From NCBI GenBank assembly GCA_025603075.1, contig MU626300.1, positions 1-64,000 of the forward strand: a stretch of DNA of 64,000 bases, read 5' to 3'. Source of the DNA: Neoconidiobolus thromboides FSU 785. Lineage: Eukaryota; Fungi; Entomophthoromycota. Positions 29,556 through 42,983 of the stretch are shown piece after piece. Below the pieces are notes generated by a model. The model saw only the letters and a list, made by a program, of their open reading frames with translations, was not told the origin of the DNA and ran no database searches. The first letter of the stretch is position 1; every line of letters starts with the position of its first letter. A program made the position numbers and the translations under genes.

Positions 29556-30013
29556 TATCTTGGAAGATATGAATGTAATCTTTCCTACTATAAAATGAGC
29601 AATATTCATCACTTAGTTTCATATCGATATACAATACACACTTTTAGCTTCAATATTGAACTATTTTAATATAATATATATAAAGCTACTTATATTAACT
29701 CAACTTATTAACTAAATATATAATAAGGTCTGTTGTTTTTAAGAATAAATTGATGAAAACTTTTATTGCATAGTTATAATTCATTTAGCGACAATTTACA
29801 GAAGATAAAGCTTCTCAACACTGGTGTTTTAATCATCAAGAATGATAGTGGTAAACAGGGATGTAGCAGTACATAAAGAGACATAACGAGTACAGCATAT
29901 AATACTACTAAATAAAGCATAAAAAAATGCTAAAAGGATATATGATAATAAACTTCTAACTAGGATTTTTACTTATTTTTAAACCTTTAAGGTATATCAC
30001 ATTTTATTTTTTA

Positions 30014-30122
30014 TGAGATCTTATATAATGGTGTTTATTTCATCATTTTTTCCATTTTTCAACCACTGTTTGAGAGTGGGAAAATTATTTGTAAAATTCT
30101 TAAACAAAAAAATATATCATCA
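30014..30122 (-). mobile_element. MITE-like element, copy 7 (reverse, decayed; left boundary uncertain)
   Basis: Core TTTTTTCCATTTTTC...GTGGGAAAATT...GTAAAATTCTTAAAC; right end TATCATCA|TA. Confidence 0.65.
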
Positions 30123-30520
30123 TATTATATTTAGACCTGTTTATTCTAAAAAAACTATTTTGGTAAAAAGACGAAGTGGTAAAGTCAAAGTTTTATACTC
30201 AATGTATTTATAGGGTCACCCTAAGATGCCCAAGTTAGCATAAAAGTTCTAACTGTAGTGAGAGAGAAAGCTATAAGGAAGTTTATAGAGTAGTAGTTAT
30301 CGAAAGGATAAAATTGCCTTGAGAAACTTACTTTGAAGAAACTATGTAAGGCAACTTATACACATATCAACTATTAGTATATATAATTAAAATTTTATTC
30401 TGACTTTCAGTTTCAAAACTGCTTTATAATACACTTTAAACTTAAGTTGTTTTAATTGAAAATCATCTAATACATGAGTAGTTAATGAAAGCCTTATATT
30501 TTAGCATTCAAGGGAGTATT

Positions 30521-30617
30521 TGGAGATGTTTTTTGGTTTCACTATTTTTCCACCTTTTAAGCGCTATTTAAGTGGAAAAATTGTTAGTAAAACTCTTAAA
30601 TATAAAATATACCCCCA
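30521..30617 (-). mobile_element. MITE-like element, copy 8 (reverse)
   Basis: TGGAGATGTTTTTTGGTTTC...AAGCGCTATTTAAGTGGAAAAATTGTTAGTAAAA...ACCCCCA. Confidence 0.82.
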
Positions 30618-32038
30618 TTTATTAATTAAACTAGTTAATGACTAACAATAATACTCATACGTTAATAAGTCGTATAATTAGTAATTATTTTAAGATAAAA
30701 AAACACTGTTAATGTTATTAATACATTTATAAAATCAGTTATAATTTGATAAATTTTTTATGTATTTACATGAAAGTAACATTTTATTTATATACAAAAT
30801 ACTTCTAAAAATAGCTTATTATATGCAGTATTTTAGAATGACTTATTATATTATTACAATCAAATTATCATTAATAAAGTCTGTTGATTAGATTAACGAT
30901 GCTTGAGTATAAGTTAATAAATTTTTAGGTATTTAAAAATTGTTTTTGTATATAATATTTCTTTTAATAATAAGTATATTGATCTAAAAATTATTAGATC
31001 CTATTTTTGTTTTATTCCCACATTTTTATTTAAATATTTTAAAATCCAATTTTATTAATTTATATAAACTTATAAATTTTATTTTAATATCTATAATAAA
31101 TACAAAGTTAATAAGGATAATTATCAAAAAAATTAAAGGGAGTTAACTATTGACATGACCATATAACTATTTAAACCTCATTAAACACAACAAAGTCACT
31201 GCAACTAATCAAACATAAACTTCAAGGGTAATTATTTTTAAACAATAAGAGAAGAATGACTATTACATTGATCACATAACCATTTAAACCTCATTGAAAT
31301 TAGTAAATTTATTATGATTAATTAACTAAAATCTAGACAAATCTTTTAATAAGGTTCCATTTATATAGTAAAAGGCTTATAATATTGTTATTATTTATAT
31401 TAATAGCAGTATAATTAATTATAGTAATTAACGTTATCAAAAGTACCCTTTTTGCATAAGTTTTATTAATTTTTATTAAATATAACATTATCTCTTTTTT
31501 TGAATAAATTTTCAATTTTCAATTTTTCATCAAATTTTATTAATATAGCCTAATACTTTGTATACATGTATTAATAACAATTAAAATTTATATGATATTT
31601 AGGATAAATGACAGTTTATTAATAAATTTTATTTAACTAGATTGTTAATTCATTTTGCTGTTTTAGTTTAACTAATGCAATATTTAAACCAAAAATTTAC
31701 ATCATCCAATTATACTTTGGATACTAACTTTAAGCCAACCATCTTTTGTTTTTTAAAGCTATAAATTACCTTATTTAGTAATCAGCAGACTTAGGATAAA
31801 GTAATGCAGGAATTACCCAAGCCAATAAATTATCACAAATTTTACCTAATCATAAGCTTAGACATAACTTCAAAAGTACCTTTTTAGATTTAACCGCATA
31901 AACAAAAAGAATTAGTGATTGATTTATGAGTGTATTTAAATAGCAAGAAACCACCTTTCAAGTTCTATTGTCATTATCCAACTTTTTTAAGCCATGTATT
32001 TAAATTCTTCAAAATTTACCATCACTACCATAGATAAC

Positions 32039-33364
32039 ATGTCTGTATTACCTTGGTTGTTGATCTTAGGCTCAAGTTTATCTTCAATATTTGGAGGTAA
32101 TTTCCAATATTGCATTTAAATTTCAAATTTTAATCCCTTTATTTTTTTAGCTACCATTGTATATTTAGATATTCCAGTCCAACGTTTTACCAGATACAAA
32201 AATTTTTCATTTTCTGAAAACAAATTATTTATCACTACCGTACTATCTTTATCTGGTGGTATTTTATTCTATTCTAGTCAAATGATCTTATTACCTGAAG
32301 CTTATGAAACTGTAAAATCTGTATCTATATTTGAAAACTATGCTCTTTTCTATACTATCTTGTTTTATTCTATTGGCTTAGGTTTCATTTTATTAGTAAA
32401 CAAATTAATATCTTATGTTGCTCCTTCTGCCATTGCCTGTCCTTGTAGCCATGAAGAGAGCAAAAAATCACCCAAAATTGAATTTTCCAAATTCGTTAAT
32501 TCCCCACTATCTCCACCCATCAGTCCAGGCTCAATGAATTCTGATTTAACTTTATCTGAAAGATCCCCATTATCTCGGGCCTCTTCAACAAGTCAAGTGA
32601 TCACTTATTCTACTCTACCAAGACCTTGTCCACCAGGTCGTTGTTTATCATCTCAACGTAATCCAACTTTATTATCATTAGAGTGTCAATGTGAATTCAT
32701 CCCAGTGCTTGGGCCAGATGGTCAGACAGTTTGGGCTTTTACGCCATTTCAAGATATGGCAAGGTTTTCACATATATCTTGTCATACTACGATAGAAGAA
32801 GCTACTGCTGATAATTGTGATTGTTTAGAACCTAAACCATTAACAGAAATCAAAGTTAGACGTGAAGATGTTGAACAACATAATATTATGTTTGGAGTTG
32901 GTGTACAAACTGCCGTAGCTATTACTTTACATAAATTACCGGAAGGTTTAATTACTGTTATGGGTACTCAATCGAATGTTTTACTAGGTTTGGGATTATT
33001 TATTGGGATCTTTTGTCATAATTTACCTGAAGGGTTTATGCTTGCTGTTCCTATCTATGCAGCTACTGCTAGTCGCTTTAAAGCCTTTTTATTTGCTTCA
33101 GTCGTTGGCGGACTTACCCAACCATTAGGTGGTCTATTAGGCCTTTACCTCTTGGATAAAATTGAGCAATCCCATCTTACTTTATTTAATGCTGTTTTGT
33201 TTCCATTGACTTCAGGTATTATGCTGATGGTTATCTTAAAGTCATTCTTACCTGCAGTCAAAAGACAACTTAAAAATAAGAATGATTTTCTATGTCCAAT
33301 AATGGCTTTTATTACTGGGTTTTTAGCTATGGCTACCTTTACTCATCTATTTGGGGATGTTTGA
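32039..33364 (+). CDS. ZIP-family metal transporter (Zrt3/ZupT-like); 2 exons
   Basis: Exon 1 MSVLPWLLILGSSLSSIFG|ATIVYLD joins in frame to ORF 32282; HKLPEG (TM4) and HNLPEG (TM5); GGLTQPLGG. Confidence 0.88.
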
Positions 33365-33465
33365 GTAATCTGTAGATATTTTGTTACTCTTTTATTTATT
33401 CCTTTTTTTTCTGCTTAATAAATTATATTTTTTTTTAAATTTTAAAAGCTAGTTATATATAGAGC

Positions 33466-33564
33466 TGGGAATGTTTTTTTTTGGTTTCATCACTTTTTTC
33501 ATTTTTTAAGTACTATTTAAGTGAAAAGATTAGTAAAATTCTTAAATAAAAAATATATCCCCCA
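33466..33564 (-). mobile_element. MITE-like element, copy 9 (reverse)
   Basis: TGGGAATGTTTTTTTTTGGTTTC...ATATCCCCCA|TA, between two convergent stops. Confidence 0.82.
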
Positions 33565-33660
33565 TATTTAAAAATTTAAAAAAGGATTTTCAATAAAAGC
33601 AATTTATTTTGATTCAAAAAACTCTAATAACATCAAAAAATAAAACTTAAAAGCATGATA

Positions 33661-36600
33661 TCAATTCAACTTCATTTTGTCTTCCACTTTTTTTAAAAGC
33701 ATCTTAGAATATTCTTCTAAAAGTTCCAACCTTTGTTGTTCAAATTTTAACTCTTCTTTTTGTTTTAAAGGTACCACTTCCAATAATATATCTCTTAAAA
33801 CTATTAGTTCCTTTTTCATCCCCTTTTTTTCATCTCCTTCTTCATTTCTATATAATAAACACATCTCTTTCAGTTGATTAGTCAAATTAATAATATTCAA
33901 TTTTGGTTCTTCATCACTCTTTCTCATCTCCACTTCGCTTTTCTCACTCTCTTGATCTTTTACTTCAGTAACTTCCTTACACATTGAACTCAAAAACACT
34001 TCCTCCTTTTTATTGATTTCATTATTGAAACTACTACTTTTCAATCCTTGTTCCTTTAACTTATTAATAATACTATCTTTCATACCTTTGACTCTTTCCC
34101 TAGTACTGGAAATTTCATCCATTTTCTTTTGATCTATTACCTTATTTTCTTTTACTTCATTATTTATCTTCTCTTCAATATCATCTAATGTGATTGATAA
34201 ACTGTGTAAATTAGATGAAAGTGGCCTTGGGGTCGTTGGGGACATAATTAATTGTCTAATACCCAGTTGATTGATTCCTAATGGTTTTTCAGCTTCTTCT
34301 GGTAATTTAATACTTAATTTTGGTGGCTCTGGTATAGCGATTGAAGATCTAGAACGACGTAATTTACCTAATACTGTTGAAGTTGTTAAATTATATCCTT
34401 TATTGTTATTTTCCATTCGATTATCCATCCCGTTTTTATATCTAGGTAAAGGCGTTATAGTATTATTAGAAAATGGGCATACATTTGGTATATTATTATT
34501 ATTATTATTATTATCGGACACTCCTTTTTTAAATCTTTGTGTCATTTGATTAGAATTTAATGCTAAAAATCTAGAACTTAAACTACGTCGATGAGTAGGT
34601 AATGACATACTAATCACATGGTTAAAAGGTTGTTCTAAGTCATCTTCCAAGTTTATATCATCTTCATGGAAATCAATAGGTGAAGCCATCTCAGTAATCT
34701 CTTCTATCTCTTCTTCTTGTTGCCCATCTTTATCTGAGGATGTAGGTGAATGTGAATGGTTATTATTGCCATTCTCATGATCATCTTTTGTTACATGAAA
34801 TATATGGTTGTTTTGTACATCAAATGCTTCTTCCACAAAATAAAATTCATTGATAATTTCATCAATACTATCATTATCTGAGTTGATTGTTATTTTATTA
34901 TTATTCTCATCTTGTGATTTTTCATAAAATTTAGCCAAATGATTATATGTAAAATCAAGAGATGAACTTAGTTTAGTATTACATTCCATTGATTCTTTGG
35001 CTATTATTGGCTTTGGTTTAGAATTAGAATTAAATACTGAAATTCCATTTAGTTCAATTTTCTGTGACCATTTATTATCCTTTTCTTTTTCATTTGTTGA
35101 AGATACAACATCCACTGAATTAGATCTCATCCTTACATGGGTACGCAATTTAGATATTTTAGACACGTTACCTCCTTTATTATTATGCTCATCTATCATA
35201 TTTTTATTATTGGAAAAATATTCTAACTCTCCCTTCTTACTCATCGGACTAATAAGCTTAGCTAATTTATTTCTCATTTGACTAGCCAAAGTAGGTGTTA
35301 CTTTCCAAATATACACACAACCATCCCCAGAGGTAGATATAAGCTTATTACAATCATATGAAAATTTTACTGAAGTGATCATCTCAGAATGACCTAAGCA
35401 GGAGCTTATAAATTGTCCATTGTTTAAATCAAATAAACGTACATTTTTGTCAGGCCCACCAATACAAGCAAATAAACCCGAGGCATCTAAAGCTATTCTA
35501 GAAATAGAAATGTCTTCCCCATTATCTGGTTTATAACTATTAATTAATTTACCAGTTTGCACATTAAATTGGAGTATTTTTTTGTCTTGAGATACTACTG
35601 TAACTGTATTACTAAAATGATCGGGCGCCATTGAATATAATGTTGCTTTACCACAATATTTACTATATTGGGTATAATAAGGTAAATTAAATTTTTCTTT
35701 ACTACCTCGAAATATAATACTTTTATCTGCACCACAACTTACTAAACAATTACCTTGATCAAAGAACTTCACTGAAGCTATACAGGCTGAATGATCATCC
35801 AATGTTTGTACTAATTTAAAACTTGAATGAGACATTGAGAATACGTGAATTAATCTATCTCTTGAACAGGAAGCAATATAATAAAATACGTTATCATCAT
35901 TTAACATTGTTAATACATCTAAATCCATAATTTCCGCATCATGGGCTTCTTGATAAGTTATAAGCTCATATGTTTTCATATCATGGACTCTTAAGTTTCC
36001 ATTTCTATCACCAGTAACTAAATATTTACCATCTGAGGTTAATTTTAAACATCGTATACCTCTATTAGGTTCATAGTTTGATTTCAAATGTGAATTACTT
36101 GATCTTGCTCTTTCAGTAGGTTGAATATCTGGATGTTGATATTTTAAAATTAAATCCTCTTCAATATAAATAATCTTTAATAATTCTTTTGAGAATATAT
36201 TTTGTTGTGATAAATTATTATTTAAATTCCAAATCCTTACTGTACCATCTGAACCACAGCTTAAAAATTGCTGTTTATCTTTATTATTTATGACTTCACT
36301 GCCCCAAATAGAATCACTGTGAAATAAGGAACTACGGAACTTACTTATCTTTTTTAAATTGGTTATATCCCATATATAATAACTTCTATCACAATAAACA
36401 ATTACTGCTTTTGTAGCGTTATAATTTAATTTAACAATCGAAGCATCTGGGAAACTGTTAGTTTCATTTTGTTCCACTCGATAAACAGTATCTTTGTAAT
36501 CCGACAAATTTACTCCAAGTGGATGAGGTTTAGGTAAAGTACCAAGATAACTTAGATCCTTTGATAAAAATAAACGCACTATTCCATCTTCACAACCACA

Positions 36601-37874
36601 AATTAGAGTATTATGATTATAATCAAGAGATAAAGCAGATTTCACTTTTAAATCAATAAATTTATCAATTTTTCTTTCCTTATTAAAAGAACATAAAAAT
36701 CCATCTTTTGTAATAGCATAACATAAAGCAGCATCATTGGTACATGTAACATCAATGAAATTACTATCTTTAAAATTACCCAAGATTCCACTACGACCTT
36801 CTAATACTTGAGTCTTTTATAGTTTTATATAATAATAATTATTATTTTAATAAATATGATTAATTTTTAAACTTTTTTTATAAAAACATACTGTTAATCC
36901 AGAAGCATTACTATTTTTAAAATACCAAAATTTTAAATGTCTTAAGCCTGAGGTTACACAAAACTCTCCATTTAAGGCCATGGCTAAAGAAGATACCTAA
37001 ATTTTTTAAAGTTTATTATTTTATTTTATTATTCAATTCAAATATTATAAATTACTTTAGCCGTTATTCTATTACTAGCTATTTTTAATCCTTGTCGCCA
37101 ATTCCATATATTTAATACACCATCATGCTTATTAATGAATAATAATTAATATAAAAAATTGATAAATAATAAATAATAAATAATACTTACCTGATATCCC
37201 AAAGAAATCAAACTCTTACTATCAGGAGTAAATTTAATTCCTAATACCCCAAATTTATGTCCTTTTAACTCTGCTATATATTTTTCTGCTTCAAAATCCC
37301 ACACTAATACTCTTGGATTATGACCTGTCTATTTAATATAAAAAATAAATCCTACAAACTATAAATAAAAAATAAGCTACCTCTCCAACCGCAAGGTATT
37401 TACCATCTGGTGAAAATGCTGTTGAAACTACTGTCTTTGGGGTTGTATTTACATTTTTATTCCCCAATATTCCACCCCCAACTCCACCCCCATTCCCCGA
37501 AAAAACTGGAGTTTGAGTAGCTATTGGACTACTTATATTTTCTAACTGACAACTTTCATTCTTAGAAATTAAAAAAGGTCCTTGTAAATTTTTATCCCAG
37601 TTATAACAAACCACTGTACATCCTGCTGGATAAACCATATTACTACTTTCTGGATGTAATGAAACTGAAGGATTTGTTAAATTCGTTATACCATGAATCG
37701 TTTCGAGTTCTAACTAAGTGAGAGAATAGATTAGTAAGAGGGAATATTAATTATTATTATTAAGGGCGGGATTACTGTTGATGTCTTTGTAGTGGTTAAT
37801 GTATGACGTCGTAAACGTCGCATCTTTAAGTTACCAGCTGCGTCATAGTTTGATTTTAAGGGTGTTTGTCGCAT
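33661..37874 (-). CDS. MAPKBP1/WDR62-family WD40 protein; multi-exon
   Basis: LELETIHGIT...MVYPAGCTVV, FHSDSIWG, SGDRNGNLRVHD, EAHDAEI, SRDRLIHVF, TLDDHSACI, GHSEMITSVKF; C-terminal LLEEYSKMLLKKVEDKM helix. Confidence 0.87.
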
Positions 37875-38643
37875 CCTTTTTTTTTGATTTTTGAGAATAA
37901 ATAAAGGAAGAAATAAAGAATAAAAGGACAAATTTTGTATTTTAATAGTTAATGGTTTATGTTTTATAATAATTAAATCCAATTTAATTATTTAATATAA
38001 ACTAAAATTGTTAGCGTTATTAGCTAACTTGTTTATTTCTTGTTTTTTTAACTTTAACTGAAAAGAGTTAGATTCTTTTGGACTTGAAAAAAAGTGATAT
38101 TATAATTTGTAAAAAATTCATAGTTTTAGGTTAAGTAAAAAAAAGGAACAAGTTATGTAAGATAAAAATGAATCTTCATTTGTTCTCTCTTTAAAAGTAA
38201 TATATAATTATTGACTAAATAGAGTAATTATAACCATATCTTTCGGCCATTTTATTCCTATCTCTTAATAAAATATGTAGTTCTAAAATATTAATATAAA
38301 TAATTATGAATAGAAACTAAAGTTATAAATTCTAATAGTAATAAAACACTTCTTAAATAATGATTATCTGGTTTGTTTATAATACTTGGAATATTTATTA
38401 TTATAATAGCTATATAATCATTATAATCATAGAGATAATAGCAAATTTATCTTAAAATATTAGATTTAGTAATATTATGTAATAGTTTAGATATTGTAAT
38501 TTTTTTTTTTTTAGAATTTAATAATTGTTAAATTGTAAAATGATTTCATTAAACATATATAGATTAAAAAGTAGAAAAATATTTATTACTTATATTATTT
38601 AAGAATATATTAAAAATAAGATCTAATAATCTCATTACTCTCC

Positions 38644-41600
38644 TTAAAGAGCTTGTGAATCCCTATTGTTCCCTGTAGAAATTTGAGTAAGATTAAGATC
38701 TTCCAACATAGCCAACCTTTCAAGTGTAATTTCTTCAATACATTGTTCAATAAATTCTTTATAATATTCAATATTTTCACCAAATACAGTATAAAGATGT
38801 TCTTTAACTTCTCTTCTTGTAATCGTATGTAAATCCGCATCTTGTAAAAAGTAATAGATTTCCTCACTAATCATTTGTTGACTTTGTTCAATGGCTTCTA
38901 CTTGTTCTGGATAACTAGAGGATTTCATAGAATTTGAAATCATTGGGTTGGTATTTTGTTGAGATGGTGCACTTGATTGGGTATAAGCATCAGAAGTTAA
39001 CTGATTATTATAATTAATAGATATTGAATATTCTGATGAATAATCAGAACCAACTACAGACATCATTTTTGGATCTCTAGGAGCAAAAGGTGGTAACCTT
39101 GCCACTTGTGAAGTTCTATTTAAAGAACCTTGTAAACTGATACCAGATAATCTAGATGATCCCACTTCTTTATTGGTACTAATTTGTGTAGTAAAAGGGG
39201 ATCCAGAATGTCTTGAATTTGATAATTTAGAACCAATAGAACTACGATCCAAAGTAAGCATAATAGGTTGATCTAAACTAGATTTACTATCTGTTGTGGT
39301 ACTTGGTGGTAAAGGGAAATTCTTAGCAATACCACCCAATTTCATTGCATTTGATTCATTATTATTTTGTACCTGCCAACTCATTCCACGCAATTTTTCT
39401 AAATTTTGTTCCATTGGACTCATTGGTTGATGATTAAAAGTAGGTGAAACTGGGGAAACGGGTAAAGAGGTACGGGAGACTGAATTATTCATATCATTTA
39501 GATTGTTACTGTTATAACCACTACTGCTATTACTGGTAGTTGGACTATTATTGTTACTATTATTGTTACTATTATTGTTATTGATATTATTTATATTACT
39601 TATTGTATTAAGTGGACTATTTTTAATTATATTACTATTTCTTGATTTTAAGCTTGTGTTATCACTGGGGGTACTAATGGGTACACCAGCACGATTGATA
39701 TCTGTATATAGAGAAGACATAGGTAATTGTTTTGGAATTGAAGGTGACTTCTTTAAATAACTTTTTTCATATGGAGTAAAGGTATATCTAGATTTATGAG
39801 TATTATCAAAATTTTCTCCATCAATGGCTCCATGTGGTCTAGATCTTACTTGATCTCCACCAAGATCATACCAATTTAAATCATCCATTTTAATTAAAGA
39901 ATAAATAGGAATAATAATATAATAAAAAGGTAAACCAATAGTAACATAATATAAACAGCCTAATAATAAATTATTGTTCTTTTCAATAACACATGATAAG
40001 AATAAAATAACTACAATGAATAAAGTAACAATAGGAATTAATACAGAAGGTAAATCTAATTGTATCAAACCTCTTAATAACATAGCATAAAAGTAGAGTA
40101 AGAATATTGGACTAAGTAATTGAGCTAAAAATTTAATTGAAATAATAATGAATGTAATTATCTTTGATGAAAAGATACAAGAACTATTAAATAATTCAAA
40201 TGTATTATGTAATTTAGTATTAAATAAATTCTTTTCTCTTTTTAATAATTGTTGAAATGATTGATAACTTAATGTAGTAGCCTTAGCTTCTTGAATATAA
40301 CCTAATTTCATACCCTTCCAATGTTTTAATAAACAAGTATGAATATATTGTTCTTCACCTAATAATACCATATGCCTTGTATGTAAAGTAGTAATACGTT
40401 TATTAATAATATAACTTAATAAATCATAATCCATTAAACATAATGATCCAGTTGCTTGCTTTAATCGATATAATATTAATCCTGATCTTAATTGAGTTAT
40501 TAAATTGAATTTAAAATTAAAATAATTTTGTATATTTCTATTTAAATAATTGTGAAATAATTGTAAGGGATACAATAAGAAATGATTGGAGATATCTTTT
40601 AATAAAATTTGTCCTGATACTGCTATATAATCTGAATTACGTTGCATAAAAGAAGTCATATGAATTAATGCTTTGTTATCTAATAATATATCTCCATCCA
40701 TATTTAATAAATAATCAAATTTTAAGGGATCAATTTCTAATTGATCCATATGTAATTGAATATCTTCTTCTAAAGGTGTTAATAAATTTTCATTTGAAGT
40801 TAAACCATCTAAAAAATTTAATAAAATTAATAATGAATCCCTTTTACCACGATTCCCATTTAATTCTATTTCATAATTATTTCCAACTTTAACAATTAAT
40901 ATATAAGGTACTCCATGATTTTCATTATAATAATGTCCTGAATATACTTTAGCAAAGTTAATATTCTTTTTACCTAAACCTAAACTTTGATATGTTTTTG
41001 ATTTAGGTTCCACTCCATTATAGTTTAATATATCTAATAAGGAATCTGTACATGAATTACCATCACTTATTATCATTAATAATTTATTATGATCTGTATA
41101 ATGAGAATTAATTAAAGAATTAATACTACTTAATAATTCACTTTTTGTTTCATTAAAACAATTTAAAAATAAAATACATTTACTATCATTATTAACATCT
41201 AATAAGTTATGTTGTTGATAATTCATTAAGATTGATATTAAATTTAAAAATAAGCGAATAATTGTTATTAAAAAAGGTAATAAAATCATTATTATTGGTA
41301 AATACCATATCATACAATTACTATAAATACCAGCTAATTTACTGGGCATTAATTTACCTTTATAAATTAAATTATCTAAACACAATTCAATTGCTTTAGA
41401 ATTCTTTAAATTATTAAATTTATTACTAATATCCTTATTTTTGTCATTGATTATTAACTCATTTAATTGTTTATTAATAAAATAATTATTATTAGTAATA
41501 TTATTATTTAATATTAATAAACTAGTATCATAAACCTTATTATTTAATATAAAATAATTATTATTTAATTCATTATTATTTAAATAAATATCTCCTATAA

Positions 41601-42301
41601 TATTCTTTTGATATTCTGAATATTCATTATTTTCATAAAAACAAGGACCATCTTTACTATATTCATTATCTCCTTTTTTAATAGGACAATTGACTAATTT
41701 AAAATTATTAACTTTATAATGATTATTCATTAAAACTTTAAGCCAATTATCCATAGAATCAAAATCATTATCATTAATACAATCGTTAATTAATTTATAA
41801 GGTGATAAATCTCTACCAGGTAAACGAGCAAATAAACTAAATTTTGGAAAAGAAAGTGATATATCTTTTCCTTTATTGTCATTACTAAATGAAGCTAACT
41901 TATTGATATTATTATTCTTCAAATTAACCACTTTACCATGAATTATATTATATCCTTCTTTTTCTACTGTTGATATTGAATATAGATTATTACTATTACA
42001 TATTACATTTGGCAAACCTTCGCCAATTATTAAAAATAAAATTGAACTTAATGTTGTTAATATTAAAAACGAAACCTTTTCTCGATGAAATTGTACTTCA
42101 TCTAATTAAATGATAAGTAAATTATTTTTATACATTAATGAATGAAATTAATATAAACCTACCTTCTCCTTTAATGCCCATTGAATGAAATACTGAGTTT
42201 GGTAAAAATAAAGTAAAAAAGTAGCTTAATTTAATCCATAATCCTCTTTTAAATGTAATATTTTTACGACTGGCAACAGTGCCTTCCATTTCATTACCCA
42301 T
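38644..42301 (-). CDS. Chitin synthase-like protein (class IV/V/VII division, C-terminal DEK_C, no myosin motor) with degenerate catalytic motifs; 2 exons
   Basis: Exon 1 (ATG 42301; LWIKLSYFFTLFLP) splices to DEVQFHREKV and runs into ORF 38644-42015; GNRGKRDS, ISDG, LLGEEQY, KMDDLNW; DEK_C-like FLQDADLHTITRREVKEHL. Confidence 0.85.
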
Positions 42302-42983
42302 CCTCTTGTTTTAATATTAAGCTTATATTAGTGAAAAATTAATTAATTTTTTTATCAAAAAAAAAAATAAAAGTAGAATTAATTATAAAAAATTTATTGC
42401 TAATTCTTCATTCTCTGTTTGTTCCTTTTTTCACCCTTTGATTTTGATTTTGATTTTGATTTTTTTTTAAATTCCTCCACATTCAATTGTTGGTTTTGAT
42501 TAGTTTAGGTTAATTAGAATCTTAAAAGAGATTTAATTAGCTAATTTTATGAAATTGACTTCAAATTAAGCCAATCAATTTGGAGAAGGCTTATTTTATG
42601 GTAACTTTGGTAAAAATTCTGTTCCCTGAAAAATAAAAATTTATTTAAAATATTAATTTATTATTTGACTTATTTTTATTTAATAATTATTATTAATAAG
42701 TATTGAAATTATAATCTATGAATAACTAAGATTTTACTTTAGTAATTTAATTTAATATATTTTTATTGAAATATATTTGTAATAATATTGTTGTCATTAG
42801 TTTATTATATATTATATACTTAATTTTTTAATATTTTTATAATTTTAAGTAATTGATTGGCTTTATATTCAGTTTATTAGAATTTCAATTAATAAATTAA
42901 AAATAATTTACAATTACTAAAAATAACTCAAATTCATTTTATTTTTATAAATCTCAATAACACATCACTACATCATTCATATA

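Noticed and set aside
29454-30213. ORFs 29454-29669 and 30013-30213 share similar peptides (..GK..VKFLNKK..)
   Set aside because: Both start in reverse-oriented MITE copies 6 and 7. The similarity is the repeat itself, not a gene family.
31900-32270. Minus-strand reading with pogo-transposase-like words (LPPNIEDKLEP, KSWIMT)
   Set aside because: The motifs are in the wrong order for DDE_1, and most of the stretch is the antisense of the ZIP transporter's 5' exons.
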